In this document: piece by piece, positions 52,081 through 63,381 of the stretch
Layout: every line of letters begins with the position of its first letter
Numbering within the stretch: the first letter of the stretch is position 1
Source: Raja brachyura
Taxonomy: Eukaryota
Assembly: GCA_963514005.1 (NCBI GenBank)
Contig: OY740791.1
Location: 45,322,001 to 45,386,000, forward strand
Direction: 5' to 3'
DNA: 64,000 nt
Made by a program: the position numbers and the translations under genes
The notes under the pieces: model-generated
Told to the model about the DNA's origin: nothing
The model's input: the letters and a program-made list of their open reading frames with translations, nothing else
The model's database searches: none

Positions 52081-53559
52081 GATTCACTGTTTCCGGATTC
52101 AAATCTTTACTACCAATTTTAATTCATAGCTGAACAAATTCACGTTAAAAAACGATGTTATATCTCAGCGTTGACAATATAATCGATCTGGAAATATGAG
52201 AGTTTTAATGCTCAAACATAATGAATGACCTGGTGATTTTTACAATAATTTCCATTCTTTTAATATTAATTTCAGATTTGGTTTATCACCAGTACTTCGT
52301 CTTATGCCATTATTTTCTGCCAGTGGCTCTTGGTCGTGGTTCTGCTATACCCATTCAAGTGTCCAAGCTTGCCTCTATCCTTTACTTAAACCCGACACTG
52401 CCCTCTCCATCATCTCAATACTTGTGCATTTAATCAATTTGTTGATTGCTGCCATTTTCTCATTAGCTGTCTTAATAATAGCGAAGTATCCCATCCATGT
52501 CTAATTAGAGCCCCAGTTGTACTGAAATGCCATATTTCTCTCTCAGAAAATAAGACGCCAAATATTTTCAGGTGTTATTTTTAAGATTTCCAGAAATCGC
52601 AACTGTGCCTTGGTGATTTCTGTCCAATCAAATTTATTATTCTATTACTATTCTCAAATCGTTAAATTATAATACACGACCGTTGGATTCGTCCTGTTTT
52701 TTCGACTCAACATGTGGGGTTACAGTAAACATTTATTTGTAGGACAGTCGCAGCAGGTACCATATGCAACCTACTTCAAAGTTGTACAATTTGCTCGTAT
52801 TTTTGTTAAACTTTTAGTTTTACTATATTCAGTTAAATACCGAATTATATGGCATGTTGGAAAATCTAGAAGTGAGCGAGATTCTGGAGAACCCTCGAAA
52901 ACTGTCTGGACCTCCTGCATTACCAATGACAACGGATAAAAAATTAGATAACTTTACCAAAATGATCTCTCTCAGAATGGAGAGCATTTCCATAAATGCG
53001 AACCTATCCATGACCCTTTATTTCTCTTATGCGTTGCATAAAAGGTTTGCTTACACATTCTGCTAGCTGCATGGACATGTCTCGACACACCCACTAAGGA
53101 ACAAAGCGTCGAAAAATTCAGTAAAATTGAACGGGTCTCAAAGATAAAGAAAATATAAGTTCAGCACCATCAAATGTGAAGAACAACGTTGACACCAATA
53201 TGGGAGATTGTGATAATTGTTTAAAAAATGCAATATATTTCCCAATAATTATATGGAAACATTTTCTTGGTTTGTTTGGATATTTCACGACATTTTCAAC
53301 ATGTTTCTTCTAAAAATCGCATTGAGGATTTAACTTCTACATTCCAATGGACAATTAACTTTATTCATATGTCCACACATATCTATACGGCAGAATTTGT
53401 TTTTTTTAAACTTAAGATTCTCCCTTAGATAAATGCGGGTGTCATTCGAATGTGGGTGTAATCCAATTCTTCCGGTTAATTGCCTTTCAAACTATTTGGC
53501 TGATCTCGCAAAAATATTTTGTGATTTTAACATTTTAACTGGATTTTTGCTTATCCACA

Positions 53560-53688
53560 TTCTCAGTGCAATTATAGGCTGAGACTCTTTGTGTCGCTGT
53601 CTACCAATAAGGAGGTGAAAACCAGCTAGTGATCCACCGCCCATCCCCCAATATACGAGAAAGGAAGCTGAATAATGGCGGCGTGTGC
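53560..53688 (+). promoter_or_regulatory. Pcdh promoter cassette
   Basis: CGCT at 53595, 232 bp before the ATG at 53827; CCAAT; ataatggcggc at 53672. Confidence 0.9.
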
Positions 53689-53826
53689 ACGAACGCAGCG
53701 GACCATCTCTTCAACCGATCACACTTCAACTTATTCAACACATTGAAGGAAATGGTTCGGATGTGGTGCGGGATGATATCAACAAGAAACATTGCTAAGG
53801 TATTTGTGATCTACCCCACAGACGTA

Positions 53827-56280
53827 ATGGCACAAAGAAGCATTTTCCGCCTGCATGGAAAGTCGGTGATATCATCCATCTTTCTGCTTTGTGTGTGGAA
53901 TCTGGTTTCCGGGCAGATTCGCTACTCCATTCCAGAAGAATTGGAAGAAGGTGCCTTCGTCGGAGCAGTCGGCAAAGATTTGGGTTTGAGCATAGAGGAG
54001 CTATCAAACCGTAAATTCAGAATTATATCAGCTACATCAAAACAATATTTGGATGTAAATAATAAGAATGGAATTTTATTTGTAAGTGCAAGAATCGACA
54101 GGGAACAGCTGTGTGGTCAGAGTGATAACTGTGTACTGTTCGTGGAAGCGGTGGTTGAAAATCCTGTGGAGCAGTACCGTGTGCAAGTTGAGATATTGGA
54201 TATAAACGACAATTCTCCGAAATTTCCGAAAAGTGAAATTCGTTTGGAAATTTCAGAAACCACGATGCCAGGAGCGCGTTTCCTGTTAGAAGGAGCTCAC
54301 GATCTGGACGGGAGAAATAATTCTGTTCGTATTTACCAGCTCGCTGCAAATTATCATTTTACGTTAGATGTGCAGAATGTTGGCAAGTGGAAGTTACCCG
54401 AACTGGTGTTGCAGAATATTCTCGACCGAGAAAAACAACCAGTATACAATTTATTACTGACCGCTCTTGACGGCGGTACTCCTGAAAGGTCCGGTACTGC
54501 TCACGTAAACATTGTTATCCTGGATGTGAATGATAACACACCGGTTTTCGGGGAGTCAGTGTATAGTGTTAGGCTAAGCGAGAACATGCCATTGAATTCG
54601 TTAGTGATTAAGCTGAACGCGACTGATTTAGACGAAGGTAGAAATGGCGAGGTAATTTATTCTTTCAGCAGTTACAACGAACCAAGAATAACTGAAATAT
54701 TTACGATTAAACCAAAATCAGGAGAGATCCGTACAAAAGGAATAATGGATTTTGAAGAAGCCAGTGTTTATCAGATTCATGTGGAAGCTAAGGACAAAAG
54801 TGTGCAGTCGCTATCCACACACTGCAGCGTGCGAGTGGAGATCACAGATGTGAATGACAACGCTCCTGATTTAACTCTAAATTCTGTTCCCGGTACAATC
54901 AGTGAGAATGTTCCGACGGGAACTTTAATCGCCTTCATCGGCGTGACAGACCGGGATTCCGATGAAAATGGACACATCGACTGTTCCATCTCACACAAAC
55001 TACCATTTGATCTTAAATCTTCATTCAGTAATTCATACAGACTAGTTACAAATGCCGCACTCGACCGAGAAAGAACCCCTCAACATAAGATTACAGTAAC
55101 ATGCAAAGACCGCGGGGTCCCACCTTTATCTACCACCCGGACAATTGTGGTAAATATCTCAGATATAAATGATAACGCGCCGCGCTTTACGCAGTCTTCG
55201 TACATGGCCTATGTGGCGGAAAATAATGAGCCCGGCACCTACATTGGATCAGTAACAGCTTTGGATCTTGATATTGACCTAAATTCACAGCTTTCTTACT
55301 CTATTTTGGAGAGCCAGATACAGTCAGTGCCTGTGTCTTTCTATCTCTGTATCAACTCAAATAATGGCAGCATCTACTCGAAAACTCCTTTCGATTATGA
55401 ACAACTTAAAGGTTTTCAGTTTCACGTTCGGGCTCAAGATGCCGGATTAATATCACTTTCCAGCGACGTTGCTGTGAAAGTGATAGTCTTGGATCAGAAC
55501 GACAATCCACCCATGATAACAGCAAATTCAATAAAAAGCAACAGCAGTTTGCCTGTGCCTCGTTCTGCAGACCCGGGATATTTGGTAACAAAGGTCGTTG
55601 CTTCCGACGGAGACTCTGGTAAGAATGCACAACTGTCTTATCAACTCATGCAATCCAGTGACCCGGGTCTCTTTATAGTTTCATATAACTCAGGAGAGGT
55701 AAGAACTGCTCGGCGCTTTAAAGATAGCGACGCCACTACACAAAGGCTAATTATCCAGGTGAAAGATAACGGTTATCCCGCTCTCTCTGCTACCACCACC
55801 TTTACTTTGACAATAGTTGAGGAACACACGGAGGGTTTGCTGGACTTCAATGAAGCGCGTGACGACTTAGATGACACGCAGAAATTATCATTATATATAA
55901 TAATTACACTAGGAGCAACCTCGTTTGTTCTTTTGGTGGTTATAATTGTACTTGTTGTAGTTATTTGCCCAATGGGCAGCCATTCTGCATCTGGACATGC
56001 CTGCACTTTAACAGACAGTTGTTGCAGAAGAGAATTGGAATATAGGCATTCGAATGTGAACTTGCAAATCGTGCCGGATTCTCACTTCCTTCCCAGTCTA
56101 CTTGAGGTCCATGGAAATGGATCCCTTTCAGAAACATACCGTTATAAAATTCGATCGGCGCCCGAACCACGGGATATATATTTCACTCCATTCAGTCCAC
56201 AGATGCACGGGACCTTTGAAAAGTACGCTAAATATGTGCCAACGGACAGTACAAAGACAAGGAGCAGTTCGCCGAATGTG
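53827..56280 (+). CDS. Clustered protocadherin variable exon (818 codons; unspliced stop at 56415)
   Basis: MAQRSIFRL start aligns with paralogues; six cadherin repeats, TM, phase-0 donor GTG|GTGAGT. Confidence 0.96.
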
Positions 56281-58068
56281 GTGAGTGTTGTAGAGCACAT
56301 AAAACTGGTCACTAGTATAATAAAAAGCTCCATGAAGTTCGATGTATCAATTTACCTTAATGCAGGTCCAATTCCTCGTATATTTGTTTCGTGTGTGAAT
56401 AATTTGCCATTTTAATAGGATTTTTGGATTAAAATAACTCCACAATTTAAGTTTTATGACATTCATGAGCAGAATAAGATGAATCGTTGGGAGATGATCC
56501 CACCGGACTTTTGTTTCCATCTTGTTTATGCATATGTTATAAGCCGATATTTGCAAAATTGATGCTGGAGCGGTAGCTGCTGCATAATACAATAATTGAT
56601 GAGATCGTAGGACTGAGGATAGCCCAAAATATTTGCATTTTTGTCAAACCTCGCATCAGAAATAATGGGAAAACATGTAATGTGTCCACCAATTGCCTAT
56701 GCATTTTTAAACCATAGCACGATGTATTTCCACAATGGTTGTCTTATTTCTTGAGTTATATTGTATTGTGCCAAGGAAAATGAACCCTTTTATGGTTGAA
56801 GCATTGGAAGTGACTTCAGACATTGCCTTTCGCGTGGTCCAGCAAACAGAGAAAAGTAGTACATTTAGGATACCGATGGAAGCTATTTGCCTGAAGGAGG
56901 CAGTGTTCACAAAATAGTACACCCCAGCCTATTCTTCCTTCCAGCACAAGGTCCGCAGCCTTGCGAGCAGCGGTTCCTCAAGTACACCTCCAACTGGGTT
57001 TTAAAAGTGATGAGAGTTTCCTTCTTGTCCATTCTTTTAGACGAAGATTTTCAGATCCCTTATAGTGTTTGGACGGAAATCGTATTTTCTCCTTATCTTC
57101 ACTGCATTTCCACGATATTTTGGAAAACTATCTCAGTATGCCCGTTTTATGAAATGTCGTGTAAATTGCAGTTTTATAATCGAGCTGGTAGAGCTTGGAT
57201 AAAAAAATAGATTTTTTTTCAAACATTACAAGGGATCTTGATAGACTTTTCAGTATATTCTTATTGTGATTTTGGATTATAGAGGATTGACTAGAACTGT
57301 GCAGAAGAGAATCCGAGATTAGTGGCTCCATTATGTGTAAAACATCTTTGTCAGTTAAAAGTAGAATTGTGTGGCTATCATGAAGCTCGTTTACAATCTT
57401 TAGCATATTGGTGAAAATAAGGCAGCAAAACTGATTTATTTATGATACCAACCTTCTCCGCTCCTGGAGCCCAGTACTTGATTCAATAAGTTCATGGTGA
57501 TAAAATCATGATCTCAAAATCACATTCCTCCAGAAACCTTTGACCACCTTACCGTTCAAATGTATGTCACTCATCGTTTTGAACATTACCAGTGACTCCG
57601 CCTGCTGCAATTATGAATCCTGTTCACAGTCTTATCTGCCTCTCTGCAAGATCATTTTTCATTTATTTCATCTGGTAACGAGTATAGAGCCATCTTGCAC
57701 GACATTTATTCGTATGTCAAGCCCTTATTCCAAGAATCAACTTGGAACCTCTCTCTGCATCACTCTGAATCTCTCTGTGCTGCAACAAATGTAATCGTAG
57801 ACTTCCTTTAATGTGGCACGTGATGCGTACCATCCTCTGGTGCTGGTCATCACTGTGTTGGACCATTGTATTATATTTCCTTACTTTACGCCACTTCTAA
57901 TTACGGCGACCAATATTCAATTGGCTATCCTGATTACTTGCTACTAAACATTGTTTTCCACCGCTGTTCATGGATGTCTGAAGGTGGGGTGTGGGGGGGG
58001 GGGGGGGGGGGGGGGGGGAATGCGATGGATCCAGAGCAAAATAAATTGGGGCGCAATATGTTTTTATT

Positions 58069-58478
58069 CCACACCAAGACGGAGGCATTATTGCCTTTGG
58101 GCTCCTTGGCCCTCTTGCAGCTGTACAGCCGAGAGGGCAGAGGGCTGGAGCTTGTTCATCCCCCCGTTGCCGCTATCTCTGCTGCTGTTCGAGTCCAGCC
58201 AGCTCACGCTGCGAATCTTGAGGACAAAGCTTTCGAAGGCGGCATCGGCGGAAATAGTCTCCCTCGCCAGGTTCTCGATCACCTAGAGATCCAGTTCGCA
58301 GTATTCGAAGAAACTCTAAGCCCGAGCAGGCTCAGGAGAGGCGGCAGCTGAGGTCGGATTGCGAGCGCCGCAATCCGCCACCAATCCGCCGCTTGAGCGG
58401 CTCCTTGGGGGGACCTGCTGCTGCTTCACAAGGCGCTGCTGGCGTGGTTACTTGTGCACCCTGTGATGCTGCTGGCAT
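58069..58478 (-). pseudogene. FAM110D: FAM110-family (FAM110D-like) C-terminal domain pseudogene fragment
   Basis: Across three frames: GLRRSQSDLSCRLS*ACSGLE / FFEYCELDL*VIENLARE...VLKIRSVS...SRDSG...LQPSALS / LYSCKRAKEP. These follow, in order, the FAM110 C-terminal motifs as I recall them (RS[KQ]SDLS, FFxYCGLDP, LKLRSVS, KWLYxCKKAKE). Confidence 0.75.
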
Positions 58479-58489
58479 GGCGACTGGAA

Positions 58490-58945
58490 GGGGGGGGGGG
58501 GGGGAGAGGAGCGGTGCAAGAGAGTAGAAAGAGGAGGGGATGATAGGAGGGGGTGGGAGAGGAAGGGAGAGGAGGGAAGCGGAGAGGAGGGGGGAGAGGA
58601 GGGGGAGAGAGGAGGGGGGGGAGCAGCGGAGAGCGGGCATCAACCAAAGGAGGAGGGAGGAGGAGGGTGGGTGACGATACTTGCAACGCGAACAAGCCGG
58701 CGCAGACTTAAACGTTTGTCAGATTTTTGAAGATTTTCATTAATAACTCGAGAAATAATGCATGACATTTTTCAAATAAGGTATTTTTGGCCTACAGGTG
58801 AAAATCTTTACCGGAACATGTACATATTTTACCATTTACGTTAGCGCGTCATTTTTTTAATGAGAAGATGCGATTATACACAACAAACACACACAGGAAG
58901 AAACACACACACACACAGACATCCAAGATCAGACTTCTAATAGTT
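58490..58945 (-). mobile_element. Helitron-like element, 5' portion (copy A) with a purine-rich tract
   Basis: The minus strand begins taactattagaagtctgatcttg, like the starts at 4800 and 5457. The block 58732-58860 is shared with 59710-59835. Confidence 0.55.
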
Positions 58946-58946
58946 A

Positions 58947-59870
58947 CTAGACCAAGTGGAACCCGTTGGGTCCCGTCTCCTCAACGTGCGGTTGCGGGTG
59001 GGTGGTGGGGGGGTGCATGCAGTCACACATTCTAACCCCCCCCCCCCCACACACACACACACTAAACACACACCCCCACACACAGTAACCACCACCCCTT
59101 GATATTATATAAATATTATTCATTTGCTCCTTTACCCCATCCCTGCTCTGTCCATTCACACATAGCTCCCAACTCGCAGACGCGAGAGAGAGGGTGGGGG
59201 TGGGGAAGGGGGAGGGGGAGAGAGAGGTGGGGGCAGGAAAGATGAGGGGGGTAGAGAGGCGGGGGGAGTGGGGGTAGGAGAGTGGAGGGGGGAGGGGGGA
59301 GGGGGGAGAGGGGGGGACAGGGGGAGCAGATGGGGGAGAGAAGGGGGAGAAGAGGGAGGGGGAGGAGGAGGAGGGGAGGGAGGGGGGAGAGGGGTACGGT
59401 ACGGAGGAGAGGCCGGGGGAAGGGTGGGATGGAAGAGTGGCGGGGGGGGGGGGGGGGGTGGTAGAAGAGATGCCAGTGGGGAGAGAGACAGGGGGGAAGA
59501 GGGGAGGAAGGGTGAGAGAGTGCCTGGGAGAGGAGGGGGGTTGAGGGGCTGCATCTTTTGAATAACGGGGGAAGGAGGGAGAGGTGGGGGGATGTCACTT
59601 GCTCTGCATGGAAGGCACGCAGGCATGCAGATGGCTGGCATGCAGATCCATTGTGATGTCATCAGCGAAAGAGTCAGGGTTTTTTCAACGTTTTTTCAGA
59701 TTTTTGGACATTTTCATTAATAACACGAGAAATAAAGCACAAAAGTTTCAGATAAGGTGTTTTCAGACTCCACGGAGCAAATATCTATCGAAATATGTAA
59801 ACATTTTACCATTAGCGCGTCATTAAGAGATGATGTGAATATACACACACATCCACATACAAGATCAATC
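58947..59870 (-). mobile_element. Non-autonomous Helitron-like element (copy B) with an intact 3' end
   Basis: The minus strand ends gggacccaacgggttcc (hairpin) + acttggt + CTAG|T, the canonical Helitron 3' signature. Internal G/A-rich low-complexity tract at 59185-59590. Confidence 0.7.
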
Positions 59871-60489
59871 AAAACCAAGAATTATAAGTTCACATTTCAA
59901 CAATGTTTTCACAATTCAGTAGTACTGATTTTCAATATTCCATTCTGATATTTGAGAATACGAGGTTGCATGCAAAACATTAATTTTCAAAAATCTAGTT
60001 TCTGTGTAGAACATTATATTGCATTTATGTGAGAAATACCGATTTCCACAACAAAATACTGATTTTCAGCCATCAAAATACGGAAATGCTCGGTAAAATT
60101 TGGCAGCTCTGCAATTACTCACAATCACATTGTGTTTGAGAATTCAAAATGTGATTTGTGATCTTGTTTATGTCATCATGGAACTAGAATTTGTTATAAA
60201 GTATGACAGTAAAATAGTTTAGTTAGAAAGCGATCATAGTAGTGTAAATACACCATTTAGCTGGACTTCAATATTCATGATGGAAATTGAAGTCGAACTA
60301 AATGTTGTATTGACATCACTATTCCATTTTGAAATTGATGTGATGTGAAGTTGTTAGGTCAGGGGAACCTTAAAGGTGCACTGCACACAGTAACACAGTC
60401 TAACAGTAACAGGCAATTAAATCAACACACAAAACATTTTCTAAAATACGGTTTTCTTCACTGCAAAAACTCACAGTATTTTCTTTGCA

Positions 60490-60889
60490 GTTTTTGCATG
60501 CACCTTTATAACATTTTACATAGCATTTCACAACAGTACAACTTGATTATTAGAACAAGGACAACTTCAATTCTTGATTTTCAAAAATGTGTACAACAAT
60601 GACCCCAATCGTCCCATTCGAGGTACATATTACTCTTGACTCAATCAAAATTATTTCTGAAATGTTGGTCATAAATTTGATGCAAAATGCTCTAAAATAA
60701 GGCTCAGGATGCACCAGAGAGCATCTAAAACCCCATAGCTTCCAGGGACCTTAAGTGGATCCTGGACCCTGGCTGCGAGGGACTTTGCGCTTCGTGCTCA
60801 TGTTGTGCTCTGTGCGCACATTATTTCACAATTTGTTTTTGTAATCCTGTCATGCCACCCGCCTTTTTGAAAAGCTTCGTACGGGCCTG
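60490..60889. mobile_element. End of a non-autonomous DNA transposon (hAT-like), copy 2
   Basis: Homologous to 136-479 and ends cgtacgggcctg. It may extend further left. Confidence 0.6.
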
Positions 60890-61489
60890 CACTCATAATC
60901 TATCCATTTGACATCTCAGTTTGCAGTACTCTAAATTAGCTGATCTACGTATATTAGTACATTTAGTCTATTCAGCAACAGTAAACCGTGTCCATTCATA
61001 AACACCATTCAAGTAGATTGCACATAGTTCATGCCCCAATGTAAATTTCTGCCATTCACCACTGGTTTCAGAGTGTGATCAATCTGATCCAACATTCTAT
61101 TCTCGGCTGCTTTTACACTCCTTCTCTGCCCATGAGAATAAATCGATAACAACTCCATGCACTATGAATTCATAGCGACACGCAGCAGATTACCAATACC
61201 AATCCCATTTACGATTACTGGTCTGTAGCCTTCTACTCCTTAGTGATTCAAGTGCTTGACCATATACTTTTCAAATATTATATGTGAGTACCTTCCTCCA
61301 GCCAATTCTCAGGCAGTCTTCCAAATTGGATCTGCCCTCTGGGTAATAAGGGAAATTTATGAAGTTCCACTTTGAACTTCTTACTCTTCATTTTATACCT
61401 AAGCTCTTTGGCTTTCACCATCTATTGTGGAGAAAATCTGATTAACCCCCTATCAATGTATCATAATCAAACCTCGAATGATTGATGAT

Positions 61490-62345
61490 TGATTTTGATT
61501 TTGATTTTGATTTTATTACTTGTCATTCGAACCTCAGAGAGGCTCGAACGAAACTCCGTTTCTACAAGCCAAACAAGCAGAACAATTCATTAAAAAAAAC
61601 ACACAATTCAATTCACACAAACATCCATCACAGTGAATCTCCTCCTCACTGTGATGGAAGGCAAAGTCTTCTCTCTCCCCCGCACCATTTCTCTCCCCCG
61701 CACCATTTATCTCCCGAGGTCGAAGCCCCAGGCGGGCGATGTTATGTCTCGCGGCCATTGAGGCCGCGCCGGGCGATGTAGGCCCAAAAGTCTCAACGTT
61801 GGAGCCCCCGGCGGGTGCTGGAATGTCCCGCGGCCATTAGAGCCGCGGTGGGCGATTTCTGGCCCCGCTCCGGGTCGCTCCAACCCCGCGACACGGGCTG
61901 GAGAAGCTGTGTTGCGGGAGCTCCGGAGAGCGGTCTCCCACCCGGACCCGCGAGCTCCCGATATCCCGACAGTCCACCGGTCTGCAGCTGCAGCTGGAGC
62001 TCCGGAGTCGGGCCGCAGCGGCGAGCCACCACCGCTCCCCACGCTCCGAGGCCGGTCAGCCCCACAACGGTGAGTCCGCAGGTTGCGTGACTGGAGCCCC
62101 CAGGTCGTCCCGGTCGGAGGCCGCCCCACGGTACTAGGCCCCAACGACAACGGAGACCCGACAGGGAAAAGGTCGGGTCTCCCGTGCAGGGAAGAGATTT
62201 AAAAGTTTCCCCCTCCCTCCCCCACCCCCCATATATACACAATTAGAGACAATACAAAAAAAAACACGAACAACTACATTTAACTAGACAAAACACTTTT
62301 AAAAAAAGACAGACAGGCTGTAGGGACCGCTGCAACGTGAGTCGC
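61490..62345 (-). mobile_element. GC-rich non-autonomous retroposon-like repeat with a (gatttt)n tail
   Basis: Microsatellite tail followed by tttattacttgtca, like the Rex1 tail at 46975; CpG-rich body with no recognisable protein. Confidence 0.45.
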
Positions 62346-62644
62346 GCCCGCCCACTGGGTGCGCGGGCGCGACCCAATGGGTCAACTCACTGCTTCTTCT
62401 ACCTAAAATAAACATCTTGGTTAGCATGGAACGAGTTGGATCGGTTTCCTTGCTGTTCGAGCTCTCTGGCTCTGTGGGTTCGCATAATCCTCATAACTGC
62501 TACGTTCATTGGACAAGAAAGGTGCATTAGGTTTTCATTTCCCAACACCTAAATATTACGTATGTTTCAGTTAAAGAAGTTGAGGCAGTCGTACAGTTTG
62601 TTAAATTCATCAGTACCTTATGAACCTCTGACCGCTCAGAAATA

Positions 62645-63381
62645 TGAACATGTTTCCACAAACCCAGTAAAAAGCAAAGCGTCAGTAAAATGTAGTGGGT
62701 CTCAAAGATAAAGAAAATGTTATTTCAGCACCATCACATGTGAAGAACAACTTTGAACTGTTTTTTGGGCGATTGTGATCACTTTAAAAATTGCTTTATA
62801 TTTCCCAATGCATTAGATGTAAACATATTCTTGGTTTGTTTGGATATTTCACGACATTTTCAACATTTCTCTTGTAAAAATCGCATATAGAATTCAACTT
62901 CTACATTCCAATGGCCAATCAACTTTCTTCATATGTCCACGAGGCAGAATTAGGCTTTTTAATGTTTTAGATTCTCCCTTAGATAAATGCGGGTGTCATT
63001 CCAATACTAGTATTACAATTCTTCCGGTTAATTGTCTTTCGAACTATTTGGCTGATCTCGCAAAAATAATTTTGGATTTTAACATTTTAACTGGAGTTTA
63101 GTTTATCTACACTGTCAGTGCAATTATAGGCTGAGACTCATTGTGTCGCTGTCTACCAATAAGGAGGTGAAAACCAGCTAGTGATCCACTACCCATCCCC
63201 CAATATACGAGAAAGGAAGCAGCATAATGGCGGCGTGTGCACGAACGCAGCGGACCATCTCTTCAACCGATCACACTTCTTCAACGTATTCAACACATTG
63301 AAGGAAATGGTTCGAATGTGGTGCGGGATGCTAGCAACAAGAAACATTGCTAAGGTATTTGTGATCGACCCCACAGAAGTA
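62645..63381 (+). repeat. Upstream region duplicated with 53075-53826
   Basis: Colinear high similarity over about 750 bp of non-coding sequence, e.g. gggtctcaaagataaagaaaat and ttctcccttagataaatgcgggtgtcatt. Confidence 0.92.
63113..63240 (+). promoter_or_regulatory. Pcdh promoter cassette
   Basis: CGCT at 63147, 235 bp before the ATG at 63382; CCAAT; ataatggcggc at 63224. Confidence 0.9.

Noticed and set aside
53629-53826. 66-aa N-terminal extension in the ORF track (and 28 aa at 41176)
   Set aside because: 53629 is a GTG inside the promoter cassette. Paralogue alignment and equal exon lengths favour ATGs at 53827 and 41260.
59116-59662. Proline-rich and glycine-rich ORFs
   Set aside because: Translations of a low-complexity G/A tract.
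61482-62242. Several overlapping 90-150 aa ORFs and CpG-island-like composition
   Set aside because: GC-rich repeat body with few stops; no domain recognised and no Pcdh promoter motif.
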